Under the pieces are notes generated by a model. It ran no database searches. It had not been told where the DNA came from and was given only the letters and a program-made list of their open reading frames with translations. 64,000 nucleotides of DNA. Source: Octopus vulgaris (taxonomy: Eukaryota). This document shows, one piece after another, positions 26,971 to 41,310 of the stretch (the stretch's first letter is position 1; every line of letters starts with the position of its first letter). The DNA lies in NCBI GenBank assembly GCA_951406725.2, contig OX597828.1:52266001-52330000 (forward strand), in the 5' to 3' direction. Made by a program: the position numbers and the translations under genes.

Positions 26971-28109
26971 CACATATGCATGTATATATACATATATTTT
27001 TGTATATATGCATATATTTATATAAATTATTTATATTATATTATATTATATTATATATATATGTGTGTGTGTGTGTGTGTGAGCATGTGTATGTGTGTGC
27101 GCGCGTGTGTGTATGTATGTATATATCTATGTGTGTGTATGTACTTCATTTTTATCCCTTTGTCTCCCTCCCTTCCTCTAAACTCAACTCTGCATATACG
27201 TACATATATCTGTGTGTGTGTGTGTGTCTGTGTGTCTGTCTGTCTGTCTACTGCTCTTCATGATTCTCCACACACCTCTACCACCACCTCTAAAACTTCC
27301 GTTGCTGCCAGATTTATTCGACATCAAAACTCATATCTTCCATGTCTGAAACAGTATTCTTCCATAAAGCAGCTCCGAGGTAAAAAAAACCCACCACCAC
27401 CACCACCACCACGAACACGATCACCAACACGACAACCACCGCCACCGATATCGCCGACATCACAGCCATCCCCCTTCACCACCCTGATTACTTAGAACAA
27501 CTTAATCATCACCGTCGTCATCGTTGCCATCATCGTCAAACCAAACGTTACCTTCAACAAGAAGCCTTCAATGACACAATCGTTATCAACAGCAATAATA
27601 ATTGAAGCTACAGGTACCGCTAATTTTAGTATTACTCTTGCTACTAGTAGCAACACAATTTTTATAATCAAAATTGTGTCTGTATATATAAAAGGTAGGA
27701 TGTGTGTGTGTGTGTGTGTACGTGGATTTAATTTATGCACGTCCACAAATTAGCATACATATCGCTCCAATTTTAGGAGGACATTCGTTATGATCCTAGC
27801 TGTATTTTCGTCAACTTATTTTTCCCAGAGGCACCAGCGATAGCAGTAAAAATAAATTTTCAACCAAAACTTTAAACAATTTTCAAGTCAGAGAAATCAT
27901 CATTGTTTGCAAACAGAAGTTAAGTCCCCTTCTAGCGACGAGTAAGTTTTTGTTAAGACTTTTGTTTTTTTTTTCAATCGAGGAAAAAGTGTTTTGTTGA
28001 TATACGGGAAACACACACACACACACACACAGAAACATGTATGCGTACAAAAATATGTATGCAATAGGTGTACGTACGTACGTGTGTGTATGTATGTGTG
28101 TGTGATGCC

Positions 28110-28174
<65 letters not shown>

Positions 28175-28261
28175 CATTTTCAACGGATTTCTCTCGAATT
28201 TGACATCGATGTTACTTAGTTTGGTTTGAAATAAAGACCTTGATTAGCTTAATAATCCTAA

Positions 28262-28297
28262 CTTAATACCGGGCAAAGCCGAGTTATACTGCTAGTT
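28262..28297 (+). mobile_element. Helitron-like 3' terminus
   Basis: Short GC hairpin CCGGGCAAAGCCGAG about 10 nt upstream of CTAG|T. Confidence 0.4.
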
Positions 28298-28326
28298 AAT
28301 AATATTATTGTTATTATGGTTATAAT

Positions 28327-28655
28327 GTGAAGGCGCGTGGCTCAATGATTAGAGCGACGGACTCCCACTCATGGGGTTGTGAGTTCGATATACGGACCGG
28401 GCTGTGTGTTGTGCTCTTGATCAAAACACTTTATTTCACGTTGTTCCAGTTCACTCGATTGTTGAAATGAGTTGCAACGTCTCCGGCACCAAGCTGTATC
28501 GGCAATTTGCTTTCCCTTCCACAACATCAGTGGCATGTAGAAGGGGAGCCGATCCGCATGGACGTTTGCTGGTCTTCCATAGACAGCCTTTTGTAGACTT
28601 GTTCCTCGGAGGGTAACTTTCTAGGTGCAATCCCATTCCCATTCATGACTGAAGA
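28327..28655 (+). mobile_element. tRNA-derived SINE (family E)
   Basis: GGCGCGTGGCTCAATGATTAGAGC...GAGTTCGAT head; the 3' half matches 57148-57315 on the minus strand. Confidence 0.8.
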
Positions 28656-28840
28656 GTTGGGGGCGGGGCCTTACCCTTCTTTTTGGTGAGGGGTGGAAGG
28701 CTTAGTATTTAGAGTGTTACACTCATAAACTAGCGATCGTGATTTCAGTTCCTAGCCCGTGTGGGGTGTTGTGTTTTGCTCTGCGATCACTAAGATACCT
28801 GATACATGATACAACGTGCACGTGTTCAGACAACGTCAGT

Positions 28841-28882
<42 letters not shown>

Positions 28883-30014
28883 TAATTTGCGACACGAACA
28901 TTTGATCACTATAAACAAATAATTTGTGCAGGTCGTTCGGCAAAAGCGGAATGCTCATACGTTGACTTCATCAGTAGAGATACCTATTAAGGCGGCGAGC
29001 AGACAGAATCGTTAGCACACCGGGCGAAATGCTTAGCAGTATTTCGTCTGCCGCTACGTTCTGAGTTCAAAGGAGTGGCGGCGGTGGCAGCAACAGTGGA
29101 AACGACAACGGCGGTAGCAGCGGTGGTGGCAGTAGTAGTAGCAGCAGCAACAGCAGCATCCCACCTAGAATTACTCGGTGCAACACCAGCACTAGCATCA
29201 GCCCTCCCGCCCCATCATCCTCATCATCAATATCATCCGCTTCAGCACCATCATCATCATCAACATCGTCGTTGTTATATACGTCTCTTCACACTCCTTC
29301 ACTTTTTCTTTCCATCATTTCACCACCTCAACAGGGAGCCCCACCTACATATCAATTCGCACCCCAATCCACTGACCTCGCCTACCCTTAACATCGCGCT
29401 CTTCCGCTGAGCCTTTCTTGTACCTTTGTCATTGAGTTAACGGGGTCGTTTCCTGAAAATCGAACTCCCCTATTCGCTGCACTAAATTCTTCCTTTACCC
29501 GTTCAGCAACCGTGTGGCCCCTTTGTCGATGTTTTCTCATTTGTAATCTGAAGCCTATAATTATCGAATGGAAACACAAAAAAGGAAAGGGGCGAAGAGG
29601 AAGGGAGGAAAGGAGAAGAGGAGGGGTTAGTTGATTAGATTAAATTAAATTAAGCTGATATTTATGTAATGTTGTTGTTTATTTATACAGTAAGTTTTGT
29701 GACCTGAAAGGTGGGGGTGAAGCTGATCAGGTAGAAGTGGAGTTGGGGGTTGATGTGAAGAAACAGGAGACGAGATAAAAGAGAGAGAGGGAGAGAATAA
29801 GAGCGAGAGAGAGAGAGAGAGACGAACAGACATACGGAGCTAACGGGATAAATAGGGAAAGAGGGAAAGAGGGAAAAATATAAGATGCAAAAAAGGAAGA
29901 CAAAAAAATAAGACAAGACACAAAGAGAGAAAGAGAGATATGTGGAAGAGAGAAGTACACACACAAGAAAATAGCGATATGTCTAAATGAATAAATTAAC
30001 TAATAATCAGACAT

Positions 30015-30097
<83 letters not shown>

Positions 30098-30271
30098 TCG
30101 TTAGCTCCTACACGCATGTTTTCTCTCCTTGTTTTTTTCTGTGTATCTTTCTGTCGAAGAGCGTAGGCTCGAAACGTAAAAGACTTTTTCTATTCCTGAG
30201 CGCTATACAAATACATTTGTTTGTTTGTACTCCACCTGCCTTCGTCTTTTGTTTATTTTCGTACACTTTCC

Positions 30272-30275
<4 letters not shown>
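30098..30275 (+). mobile_element. Penelope-like terminal repeat fragment with minimal hammerhead-like motif (30146-30183)
   Basis: TCTTT-CTGTCGA-A-GAGC-gtag-GCTC-GAAACGT-A-AAAGA. Second copy at 41308-41445 (-). Embedded in (TA)n/(GA)n. Confidence 0.55.
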
Positions 30276-30320
<45 letters not shown>

Positions 30321-30875
30321 TGTGTGTGTGTGTGTGTGTGCGTAAGAGCTTAACCGTCACTCTTAAGCGAGAATGACCTGTGAGCTTCTGTCACTCTTTC
30401 GTTCGCTGTTTTAGTTTCCTAATGATAGACTAATTTTCATGCTCAAAATCACGTTTTCCACTAATAATTTTTGGCAGTTTAAAATAAAGAGATAAATAAA
30501 TCCTGATGAACCTGTAAAACAGTGAAATTAATGAGATTTATCTTCTTCCCAAGCTGTCGTAAACAGTGAGAAGAAGAAGAAGAAGAAGAAGAAGAAGAAG
30601 AAGAAGAAGAAGAAGAAGAAGAAGAAGAAGAAGAAGAAGAAGAAGAAGAAGAAGAAGAAGAAGATAGGTATGTGACCTGATCACGGATTTCAGTTTAAAT
30701 CAAGACTACATACATACAACGAAGGCTATATTTCGCTGACGAAGCTTAAAATGTCGGTATATTTAATGATCTTTCATCTGCTTGCTCTGCCAAACAACGA
30801 TGTCGGGTAACATTATCGACTTATTGGTTATTTCTGAAGTCAAAAACATGTTACCTGATCAGGTCTACATATACT

Positions 30876-31280
30876 CTCTTTACTCTTTTTACTCTTTTAC
30901 TTGTTTCAGTCATTTGACTGCGGCCATGCTGGAGCACCGCCTTTAGTCGAGCAAATCGACCCCAGGACTTATTCTTTGTAAGCCTAGTACTTATTCTATC
31001 GGTCACTTTTGCCGAACCGCTAAGTTACGGGGATGTAAACACACCAGCATCGGTTGTCAAGCGATGTTGGTGGGGACAAACACAGACACACACACACACA
31101 TATATATATACATATATACGACAGGCTTCTTTCAGTTTCCGTCTACCAAATCCACTCACAAGGCTTTTGTCGGCCCGAGGCTATAGTAGAAGATATTTGC
31201 CCAAGGTGCCACGCAGTGGGACTGAACCCGGAACCATGTGGTTGGTAAGCAAGCTACTTACCACACAGCCACACAGCCAC
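30876..31280 (-). mobile_element. Full-length SINE family B
   Basis: Complete head, internal microsatellite and GTAAAAGAG-repeat tail on the minus strand. Confidence 0.93.
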
Positions 31281-31488
31281 TATATTACATAAATACATCG
31301 TCAACTCACATTTATAATTAGTTTACCTGTTAATCTCATTACTTGGAGCCACTTAGTGAATATTTCCTTACAACAAACTAGTTACAACGGTGTAGGAAAA
31401 GAATGTAGAATACTATACTTCCTTGACGAAGTAAAGTATATTGAAGCGTTTTGTCCATCTGGCTCATTCGGTTTCACAATAATGTCAA

Positions 31489-31893
31489 AGGCGGCGATCT
31501 GGCAGAAACGTTAGCACACCGGGCGAAATGCATAGCCGTATTTCGTCTGCCTTTACGTTCCGAGTTCAAATTTCGCTGAGGCCGACTTTGCCTTTCATCC
31601 TTTCGGGGTCGATAAATTAAGTACCAGTTACGCACTGGAGTCGATATAATCGACTTAATCCGTTTGTCTGCCCTTGTTTGTCCCCTTTGTGTTTAGCCCC
31701 TTGTGGATAGTAAAGAAATAAAAATACGTATTTCGTTAGTCTTTACGTTCTGTGTTCAAATTCCGCCGAGGTCGATTTTGTCTTTCATCATTTCGAGGTC
31801 GATAGATTAAGTATCAGTTGTGTACTGGGGTCGATCTAATTGACCGGCCTCCTCCCCAATAATTTCGGGTCTTGTGCCTAGAGTAGAAAAGAA
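31489..31893 (+). mobile_element. SINE family A dimer
   Basis: Head plus two core units ending CCTAGAGTAGAAAAGAAT. Confidence 0.92.
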
Positions 31894-31912
31894 TGTCAAC
31901 CAGCGAATCGTA

Positions 31913-31984
<72 letters not shown>

Positions 31985-32059
31985 TTCTTCCCTTTTGACG
32001 TTCGAAACATGAAAAATAGCCAAACTCATATTTTAAAATCCATACATATATATATGTAT

Positions 32060-32118
<59 letters not shown>

Positions 32119-33724
32119 AACAATGTATAGCTGTATATGTATACATGTATATGTATAGATGTATTTCAATAGATATGCATGTATGTCTAGATGTATATAG
32201 AGATGTACATGTAATATGTACACATATTTATAAGCATATATACATACATATACCCGTACACACATACTCACATACCGATAAACCTACCCCCCCCCACACA
32301 CACACACACATGCATAGGTGCAGGTGTGGCTGTGTGGTAATAAACTTGGTTCCAAAACTCATGGTCCTCAGTTCAGTCCCACTGTGTGGTAACTTGGCAC
32401 GTGTCTTCTGCTAAAGCCTCAGACCAACCAAAGCCTCGTCAGTGGATTTTGTAGACTGAAACTGAAAGAAATCAATTGTATGTATATGTATGTATATATG
32501 TAAGTCTATGTGTGTGTCTTTGTGTTTCTCACTCATCACTGCTTCACAACTGGTGTTCGTTTATTTACATCCCAATAACTTACTGCCCACTCAGTTGTAT
32601 CTATCAATTTATCTGTGTATGTGTGTGTGTGTGTATCTATATCTATATCTATATCTAAATATATATAAAACACCCTAATGGGAGCCTTAACTCCCTAATT
32701 TTAGTCATTTCTTTTGTGATCCAAAACTAGGTCAAAATTACTCAATGAATCTTTATGAAATTTGGTAATTATGTTCTATGCATAAGGGCCACAACCTCCA
32801 TGACAATTCATATATTTTTGCTGTTGATGAAATCTTAACCATAGATATTAGACACAAATGAAGTAATATTTATAAAATTTCATCTCCTTACAAAGTTAGA
32901 AAGACCTCTCCAGGGGGGACTTAACACCCACAATTTAGTCATTTTATCTAAGCAAAAACGAATACAGTTGTGCTCTTGGAAGCTTTAGGGTTACTCGAGC
33001 ATAAAAGTTGGGCATTATTTCCAATTCAATGGTACAACAGTGTAACAGTTTGCTTTGACATGCACTTACGTTGTGATTTCTGCAATGTGGTGCATAAATT
33101 GTCAAGTAAATGAGAGGCATCTTTGCCTCCACGGATTCAGTTGCAAAGTGTTGAGTAAAGTTATTTGATTGCAGACCTCCTTTCAGTCTTTTTATTATCA
33201 CTGGGTCACACATAGTCCCCAGATGGTAACACTGATTTCAAGGCCTTCCCAGATGAGTGACTTTATTCAAAGACATTTATAGATTTTAAATTTATTCTTT
33301 CCAGTTACGTACAAGTATAGTGGTCATTTGCAAACTCCAGAGGTGACACTTTAATTTCTCCTTAACCCTCATGTCACACAGTTGTTAAAGTTGATTTCAG
33401 TTGGGTCACGCTCTTCCAATTGCTATAGATTCGTAATGCATCTTACGGCTGTGCCTGTCACCTGGATGGTGAGGAATCCTACATTGGGAGTGGTAATGAC
33501 TAGGGTAGGGTAACTGACTGCTTATTGTGATCATTCGTCTTTTGGTTTCCTGTAGCTTTGCTCTCTTTTACAAACCCAGTGAACATATATTCCCTATCTC
33601 AAAGAAATTCAAACAATAGATATAAGACCCAAGTCCCGGGGTCGATTTGCTCGACTAAAGGCGGTGCTCCAGCATGGCCGCAGTCAAATGACTGAAACAA
33701 GTAAAAGAGTAAAAGAGTAATATG

Positions 33725-33829
<105 letters not shown>

Positions 33830-34577
33830 ATGACTCAAATGTAGGAGGAGGCGAATATCTGAATGGCCAATCTGTAGCAAAACCGATCTATGTTGGCCTG
33901 TTATCGCCTTCCCCATCAGCTCACAAGTCATTAATCAGTAAAGGTCACGCATCCTCGTGCAACCATCACTGCGTGGCGGCCATCTTGTCCGGATGTCCTT
34001 TGTTTGCAATCCACATTTATAAATCAGCAAATATCAGACTCCCAGGTGGTCCTTCATTCATCAACTTCTTTAGATATGAATATTTTGTCTTTGTTCCCCT
34101 ATATTATAAGGTGTGTCGAAGGCCATGTGGATGTGGTGCCGGAAATCCAGCTAAACTTAACCATACATAACATTTCTGCCACATCTCTGATGATAATATC
34201 TGCTAACTGATGTTGCTGTTATTTTCCCTTTAGCCCCTGGCCAGTGCTAACTGAGCAAACTCATAATCGTAGTTATTCCAGTGGAAACCCATATTTCTTT
34301 TTTGGTATAGAACTACGCGATACAATCCAATTTAAGACAGATTTTGTTGCTATTTCTAGCAGGACGGCCGATCGCATAACGGTCCTGTTGCTGGCTCAGT
34401 GGTTCTTAGTTTGTTATCCCCACTTTAGAAGTCAATGCCATAGCTAGAGCAGCCAGAATTAGAAGCCAAATCCGACGGAAATTATACCTGATTATCTTAA
34501 GAAAAAAAAAGGGCATTAGAAAATGTAATCTTAAGCATGCTATATTTGCAATGATGATGATGATCATGATCATGATG

Positions 34578-34640
<63 letters not shown>

Positions 34641-34684
34641 TTAATGATGATGATGATGATGATCATGATGATAATAATAATAAC

Positions 34685-34723
<39 letters not shown>

Positions 34724-34728
34724 CTCTT

Positions 34729-34933
34729 ATCTTTTATCATCTACCTGTTTCAGTCATTAGAAGGCGGCCATGTTTTGGCACCACCTTGAAGTTTTAGTCG
34801 AACGAATCAACCCTAGTACTAAATTTTTAATCCTGGTGCTTATTCTATCGGTCTCTTTTGTCGAACGGTTAAGTTACAGTGACGTAAACACACCAACATC
34901 GGTTGTCATGTGGCGATCGGGACACAAACACAT

Positions 34934-34970
<37 letters not shown>

Positions 34971-35058
34971 CGACGGGTTTCTTTCAGTTTCCGTCTACCA
35001 AATCTACTCACAAGGTTTTGGTTAGCCCAAGGCTATAGCAAAAGACACATGTCCAAGA
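34729..35058 (-). mobile_element. SINE family B (headless)
   Basis: Reverse complement of the family B body. Confidence 0.85.
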
Positions 35059-35133
35059 TAAAATGGTTATGAATGGATCGTCTTTTACCATTTGCTTTTT
35101 GGAGCAGAACTGAACAAGAACAAAATTAAACAT

Positions 35134-35557
35134 GCGCAGGAGTGGCTGTGTGGTAAGTAGCTTGCTTACGAACCATATGTTTCCGGGTTCAGTCCCACTG
35201 CGTGGCACTTTGGGCAAGTGTCTTCTGCTATAGCCTTGGGCCGACCAAAACCTTGTGAGTAGATTTGGTAGACGGAAACTGAAAAACCTTGTCATATATA
35301 TATATATTTATGTGTGTACGTGTATATGTTTCTGTGTCTGTGTTTGTCTCTCCCCAACATCGCTTGACAACCTAGGACTACATTATTTAATAAGTCTGTC
35401 CCCGTAACTTAGCGGTTCGGCAAAAGAGACCGACAGAATAAGTACTAGGCTTACAAAGAATAAGTCCAGGGGCCGATTTGCTCGACTAAAGGTGGTGCTC
35501 CAGCATGGCCGCAGTCAAATGACTGAAACAAGTAAAAGAGTAAAGAGTAAAGAGAGT
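35134..35557 (+). mobile_element. Full-length SINE family B
   Basis: GCGCAGGAGTGGCTGTGTGGTAAG...GTAAAAGAGTAAAGAG. Confidence 0.93.
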
Positions 35558-36610
35558 ATGCGCCACAACAGATCTTGCTAGCTTAGTGGTGGCAGCACAA
35601 AGTTGATCTATGTTTATGGCTTAGCCATCAGACAGCCTTGGTCGAGCAGATCTTTCTTAGAAGACATTCCATCAGTGACCAACTCGCCTTTGTGCCTACC
35701 TAGGACTACATTATCTAATCAGTCTGTCCTTTTTTCAAGAACGGTATAATTTGGTTTTAGAAGGATTCGGAAGCTATGTCTAACATCTAAGACTATCTCA
35801 TGAAGCGTCTCTCAGTGGTGTGCTAACTTGAGGTTAGTTTCATTGCTATCTCGTCACTTAAATGTGATAACCTGTATTCCTATCCCCCAGTAGTTGGACT
35901 CTCATCTGCTGTACCGTTGATATTTTTCTACAAACGCAAGGAAACTGATGACACTGCAAAAGTAAAAAAAAAAAGAGTAATTTATTTTAGATGCTCGACC
36001 TGCTAAAATAGCGGCCAAATTTCCTTCAAATTACTCTTTGGCATGTTTTAAAAGGCAGGGAAATATTTATTTATCACTTAGTCAGGGAGTGAAAGGCGAT
36101 GTCTTTGAAACTGCATTTGTTTCTAGAGCTGTCAGACTGATGAGAGAAATTTTTTAAAGCAATCCTTAAGCCGGAGACCTGTGCAGAATACTTGCAGCAG
36201 TGTGGACTCCACTGAAGGCACTCATGATGTTGAGTATTAAACCGGGCTGAGGATAAAGGGAACCATGTAAGAACACAGGACATTAAGAGCATGCGAATTG
36301 CATGTGTTTACTTATGAAGGTATCTGAAGGTCACAGTTCGAATCTTTTTACAGGTATATCTCTCATTGTCATCGATCAGTTTTAATCGCATTTTAGATGA
36401 AGACATTTTCTTTCGCTTTCAAGAATTCCTTTAATATTCTTACACAAGCTAGGTAGAAAGAGATTTGGCTGCTATTTCAAATGGGATTTTCAACCATTGA
36501 GAGGTGACCTAGTTTGCATATTGTTATTTGTTCGGTTCTTGGGCAGGGCATTTTGTTCTAATTACTTCGTTCGGTTCACTTAGTTACATAGATATTTTCT
36601 CTGTTCATCA

Positions 36611-36848
36611 CGCATGCGCAGCAGCTGCTCTATAGCCGACACATATTTAAATGACACGTTACTCAGTTTTCCACCCGTCATTTCTCTTCCTTTTCTCCTC
36701 AACCCTCGGTCAACGACAGCAACATTCTGTCGAAGAGTATTGTTCCGTTAATATGAATTTATTGTTTTGCCATAACCAACTGTTACGCCGAAGACATCAA
36801 TACTTGTGCACGTGTTGACATGATAGAGAGCGGCTGTTGCCTGGTAAC
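36611..36848. promoter_or_regulatory. Candidate cis-regulatory island (NRF1-like, E-box, RFX X-box)
   Basis: CGCATGCGCA 36611-20, CAGCTG, CACGTG 36809-14 and GTTGCCTGGTAAC 36836-48 in unique sequence. Motif match only. Confidence 0.35.
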
Positions 36849-36943
36849 TAGACTGCCCTGAGGGATGGTAGGAGCAGAGGTCAATAGGACAATTCGCCCT
36901 GTATCTCTTATCAGAAAGCTACACACACACACCGCACCACATG

Positions 36944-37079
<136 letters not shown>

Positions 37080-37530
37080 TCTAGAGATTCAAACAGACTT
37101 AAAACGTGTGGGCATGAAAATACATTTAAAGTATGACGAAACCAGCGATCTTCCTATCAAGGGCAAACCTCTTTGAGGGTCCCTAGTACTTAACAAGTCA
37201 TACTCTGGATTTCGACGCAGCTTAGCATTAGCAGTGTGGATACACCGAATACGTCGCATTAGTATAATATTGTTTGGCCACATTTTCTCAAAAGCATTTA
37301 TTAACTCACTTCCAAACCCTGTTTCCTTTACCTGTTGATGTTGTTGGTGGTGCTGACCCCACGTCAAGCCTCATTTAATAGACTCATGATCAAGGGCATT
37401 CCAACCATGACCAGTCGGTGCATATTCGCCTTTGAAAACATAGATTTCAAGTGAAATACATTCACTGCTTTCGAAAATAGAACTATTATATTTCTAAAAC
37501 ACCCAGAGAGATCTATACAGTAGCAGCACG

Positions 37531-37733
37531 ATAAAGTGATGCCAACTTAATGTGAGCAATGGCTCTGAAACTAGTCTCTGATTTCTGGGTGGCAGTGCTT
37601 ATCTCCCCCTGTGAAAACATAAGGACACAGAAAGTGTGTCACAGCCAGCTCGAAATGGTGTTTTCTAGGGCTAAATTGCAGTAGCATTCTTCCTTTTCAT
37701 GGGACTGCCACATTAAGTTGGCAACATACCTTC

Positions 37734-37740
<7 letters not shown>
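37531..37740. mobile_element. Small decayed MITE
   Basis: Inverted repeats GCCAACTTAATGTG / CACATTAAGTTGGC with outer ATAAAGTGA / TCACTTTAT. Confidence 0.55.
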
Positions 37741-37775
<35 letters not shown>

Positions 37776-37799
37776 CACTATTGTACATATGTCTTTATA

Positions 37800-37868
<69 letters not shown>

Positions 37869-38960
37869 AGGCATGATAGTGCAGCGAGCAGGTAGAATCG
37901 CTAGCACGCTAGGCGAAATCCTTAGCGGTATTTCTTCTGCTACGTTCTGAGTTCAAATTCCACCGAGTTTGACTTCGCCTTTCTTCCTGTCGGGGTCGAT
38001 AAATTAAATACCAGTCATGTACTGGAGTTGATGTAGTCGACTATCCCCCTCCTCAAAACTTCAAGGCCCTGTGCCTATAGCACAAGGAATTGTGTGGTCA
38101 GAATTTTGTTCACATTCAGCAAGTGCCATCTACCATAGTCTCGGATGGAATAAAGACTTGCGAGACGGAAACTGAATGAAGCTCGTCGAATATATATATA
38201 AACATATATATATATATATATGAAGAGAGAGAGAGAGAGAGAGAGAGAGAGTGTGTGTGTGTGTGTGAGAGAGAGAGAGCGTGAGAGTGAGAGTGAGAGA
38301 GAGATATAGGTAGGCAGATAGATGACTAGCAGAGTTTATGTACAGATACGAATGTATCCTGCATCTACAAATTTTTAACCCATGAAGAACTGAATCACCT
38401 TGAGTAAATACCCTCATCTTCCACTAAATATATTTGAGTAGAATTTGCTTTCATGTGTCTACGTATACGTCTACCAATACACAAACACACACACACATAT
38501 AGAGAAGCAAGCACTCACACGCGCATACGCGTACACACATACATATACAGAGAGCGATAGACAGGAGTGGGGAGAGAGATATTAAGAGTGAGAGAGACAG
38601 AAATGCAAATAGAAAGTTGAAAAGATACAGAAGCATAAATACAGTGCGATAGAATGTGAGGAAAAAAGACTAAGAGAAAATATGAGCAATATACGTGTGT
38701 GTGTGTGTGTGTGTCTGCGTGTCTGCCTGCGTTTGTGTCCATGAGTAAGTGTGTGCGTGTATATATATATATATATATATATATAATGTATATATTTAGG
38801 TAGATAGATATAGATATAAAGATATATATTGTGTGTCTATGTATGTATGCATGTATGTATGTATGTATATTTGTATGCATGCGTTTGGTTGATAATGAAA
38901 AAACTAAAAAAGAAGGCGAAAATGTGGAGACTGTAAAACTGAGAAAGAAAAAACAATATT

Positions 38961-38963
38961 AAA

Positions 38964-39032
<69 letters not shown>

Positions 39033-39052
39033 CACTAATACTACTACTGCTG

Positions 39053-39088
<36 letters not shown>

Positions 39089-39123
39089 ATAATAATAATA
39101 ATAACAACAACAACAACAACAAC

Positions 39124-39197
<74 letters not shown>

Positions 39198-39292
39198 TAG
39201 GTGTCAGGATGATATTCGGCAAGAAATGGAAACAGGACTGAAAGATGATGATAATGAAAATAATGATAATGGTACTAATAATAGTAATAATA

Positions 39293-39337
<45 letters not shown>

Positions 39338-39409
39338 GTATTGACGATGATGATGATGATGATGATGAAGATAATAATAATGATAGTTAAAATAATAATA
39401 ATAATAGTC

Positions 39410-39442
<33 letters not shown>

Positions 39443-39445
39443 GTC

Positions 39446-39517
<72 letters not shown>

Positions 39518-39655
39518 TTGACGATGATGATGATGATGATGATGAAGATAATAATAATGATAGTTAAAATAATAATAATAATAGTCATAATAATAATAAT
39601 AATAATAATAGTCATAATAATAATAATAATAGTCATAATAATAATAATAATAGTC

Positions 39656-39718
<63 letters not shown>
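38961..39718. repeat. Compound (ACT)/(AAT)/(GAT) microsatellite with an internal ~180-bp tandem duplication
   Basis: The block TTGACGATG...GAAGATAAT...AGTTAAAAT...AGTCAT occurs twice. Confidence 0.95.
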
Positions 39719-41217
39719 TAAAGGAATAAAACAGAGACGCAGTGACGGAAGACTAATCTGTTAAGATCGATGGCCGCCAACTATTTCCGTCGTACCCTAT
39801 CACATCGACTTGGATTATTCTCAACTTTGGAAGCAAGTCTAGGAACAGAAGAAAGAAAAAAAAGAAGAAAAAGAGCGAAACCGAAAGTGAAAGTGATAGC
39901 ATGTAAATTTGGCGGGGTGGGATCGGTGGTTTTTGGTTCTTGAAATGATGAGGATGATGATGAGGATGATGATAGTGGTGATGGTGTGCCAACGGCGGAG
40001 TTTAAATCTTCGTTTTTCACTCTTATTATTTTCTTATGAAACACTTTTAAAGGATGAGAGGGTTAGAGCATGCTTGACCGATTCTCTTGAACAGATGAAG
40101 CGGTGTGAAGATCACAGAGAAAGGGTGGTAAGAGGTGTGAAGTAGGGTGGAAATGATGGATAGAGGGAGGGAGGGAGGGAGGAAGGGTCGTGGAAGAAGG
40201 CATACAGACAGGCAGGCAGGCCGATAGGGTGAGGGGCACTAAGAGCAAAATGAAGGAAATCATTGGGAGTGAGGATAGAGGAAGAAGAAGAAGAAGAAGA
40301 AGAAGAAGAAGAAGAAGAAGAAGGAGAAAAAGAAGTTGAAGAAGAAGAAAGAAGAAGAAGAAGAAGAAGAAGAAGAAGAAGAAGAAGAAGAAGAAGAAGA
40401 AGAAGAAGAAGAAGAAGAAGAAGAAGAAGAAGAAGAAGGAGGAGAAGAAGAAGAAGAAGACGAAGAAGACGAAGAAGAAGACGATGAAGAAGAAGAAGAC
40501 GAAGAAGAAGAAAACGAAGAAGAAGAAGAAGAAGAAGAAGAAGAAGAAGAAGAAGAAGAGGAATGAAGCGAAAAACGTGTTCTGTGTGTGTGTGTGCGTG
40601 AGAGAGAGAGAGAGAGGGGGAGAGAGAGTGAGGGGACAAAGTGAAGAAGACTGCTATAGTCGTGGTGGCCGACTCGCTGGTGATGCTGATGACGATGCTG
40701 GGGATGAGCCGTAATGTTGCTCGACAAGGAAGTGAAATTGGAAGAAGAAAAGAAAATTGACATGAAGGTGAAGGTAAAATTATGGTTTTAATGAATGATA
40801 TGAAAGATATGGGAGAGTGAGAGAGTGGGATACAAAAATGATGAAGATAGAGAAGGAGAGAGAAAGAGAGAGAGACAGTGTTAGAGCAAATAAGAGAGAG
40901 AAAATTGCGTTGCTGAATATAAAAAGGTTTGAGCGTCACAATCACAGGAAGAGAGAAAGAGAAAAGGAAGGAAATAAAAAATGAGACAGTGAAAGAAAAT
41001 AGGATATAAATGAAGCGAGAATATAAAAAGGAATGCGACAGAAGAAAGGGCAGAGAGTAGGAAGTGAGGCTAGAAAGGAAGAGCCGAGAGAGTGTAAGTA
41101 AGAGGAAGAGAGAGAGGATAGGAAGAAAGTATCTTTGCGTGATCGTTATGTAAATAGGAAGACAGAAAATGAAAGAGAGAGAAAGAGAGAGAGAATGGCA
41201 AAACTTGAGAGAAGATT

Positions 41218-41261
<44 letters not shown>

Positions 41262-41276
41262 TGAGGAAATAAAGCA

Positions 41277-41307
<31 letters not shown>

Positions 41308-41310
<3 letters not shown>

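Noticed and set aside
32944-33590. Higher-complexity stretch with an 89-aa minus ORF
   Set aside because: No recognisable domain; probably a decayed transposable element that I cannot classify.
39753-39838. Minus-strand acceptor with LLPKLRIIQVDVIGYDGNSWRPSILTD frame
   Set aside because: The pyrimidine tract is just a GA-rich low-complexity run, the donor is weak, there is no homology, and the strand conflicts with the other candidates.
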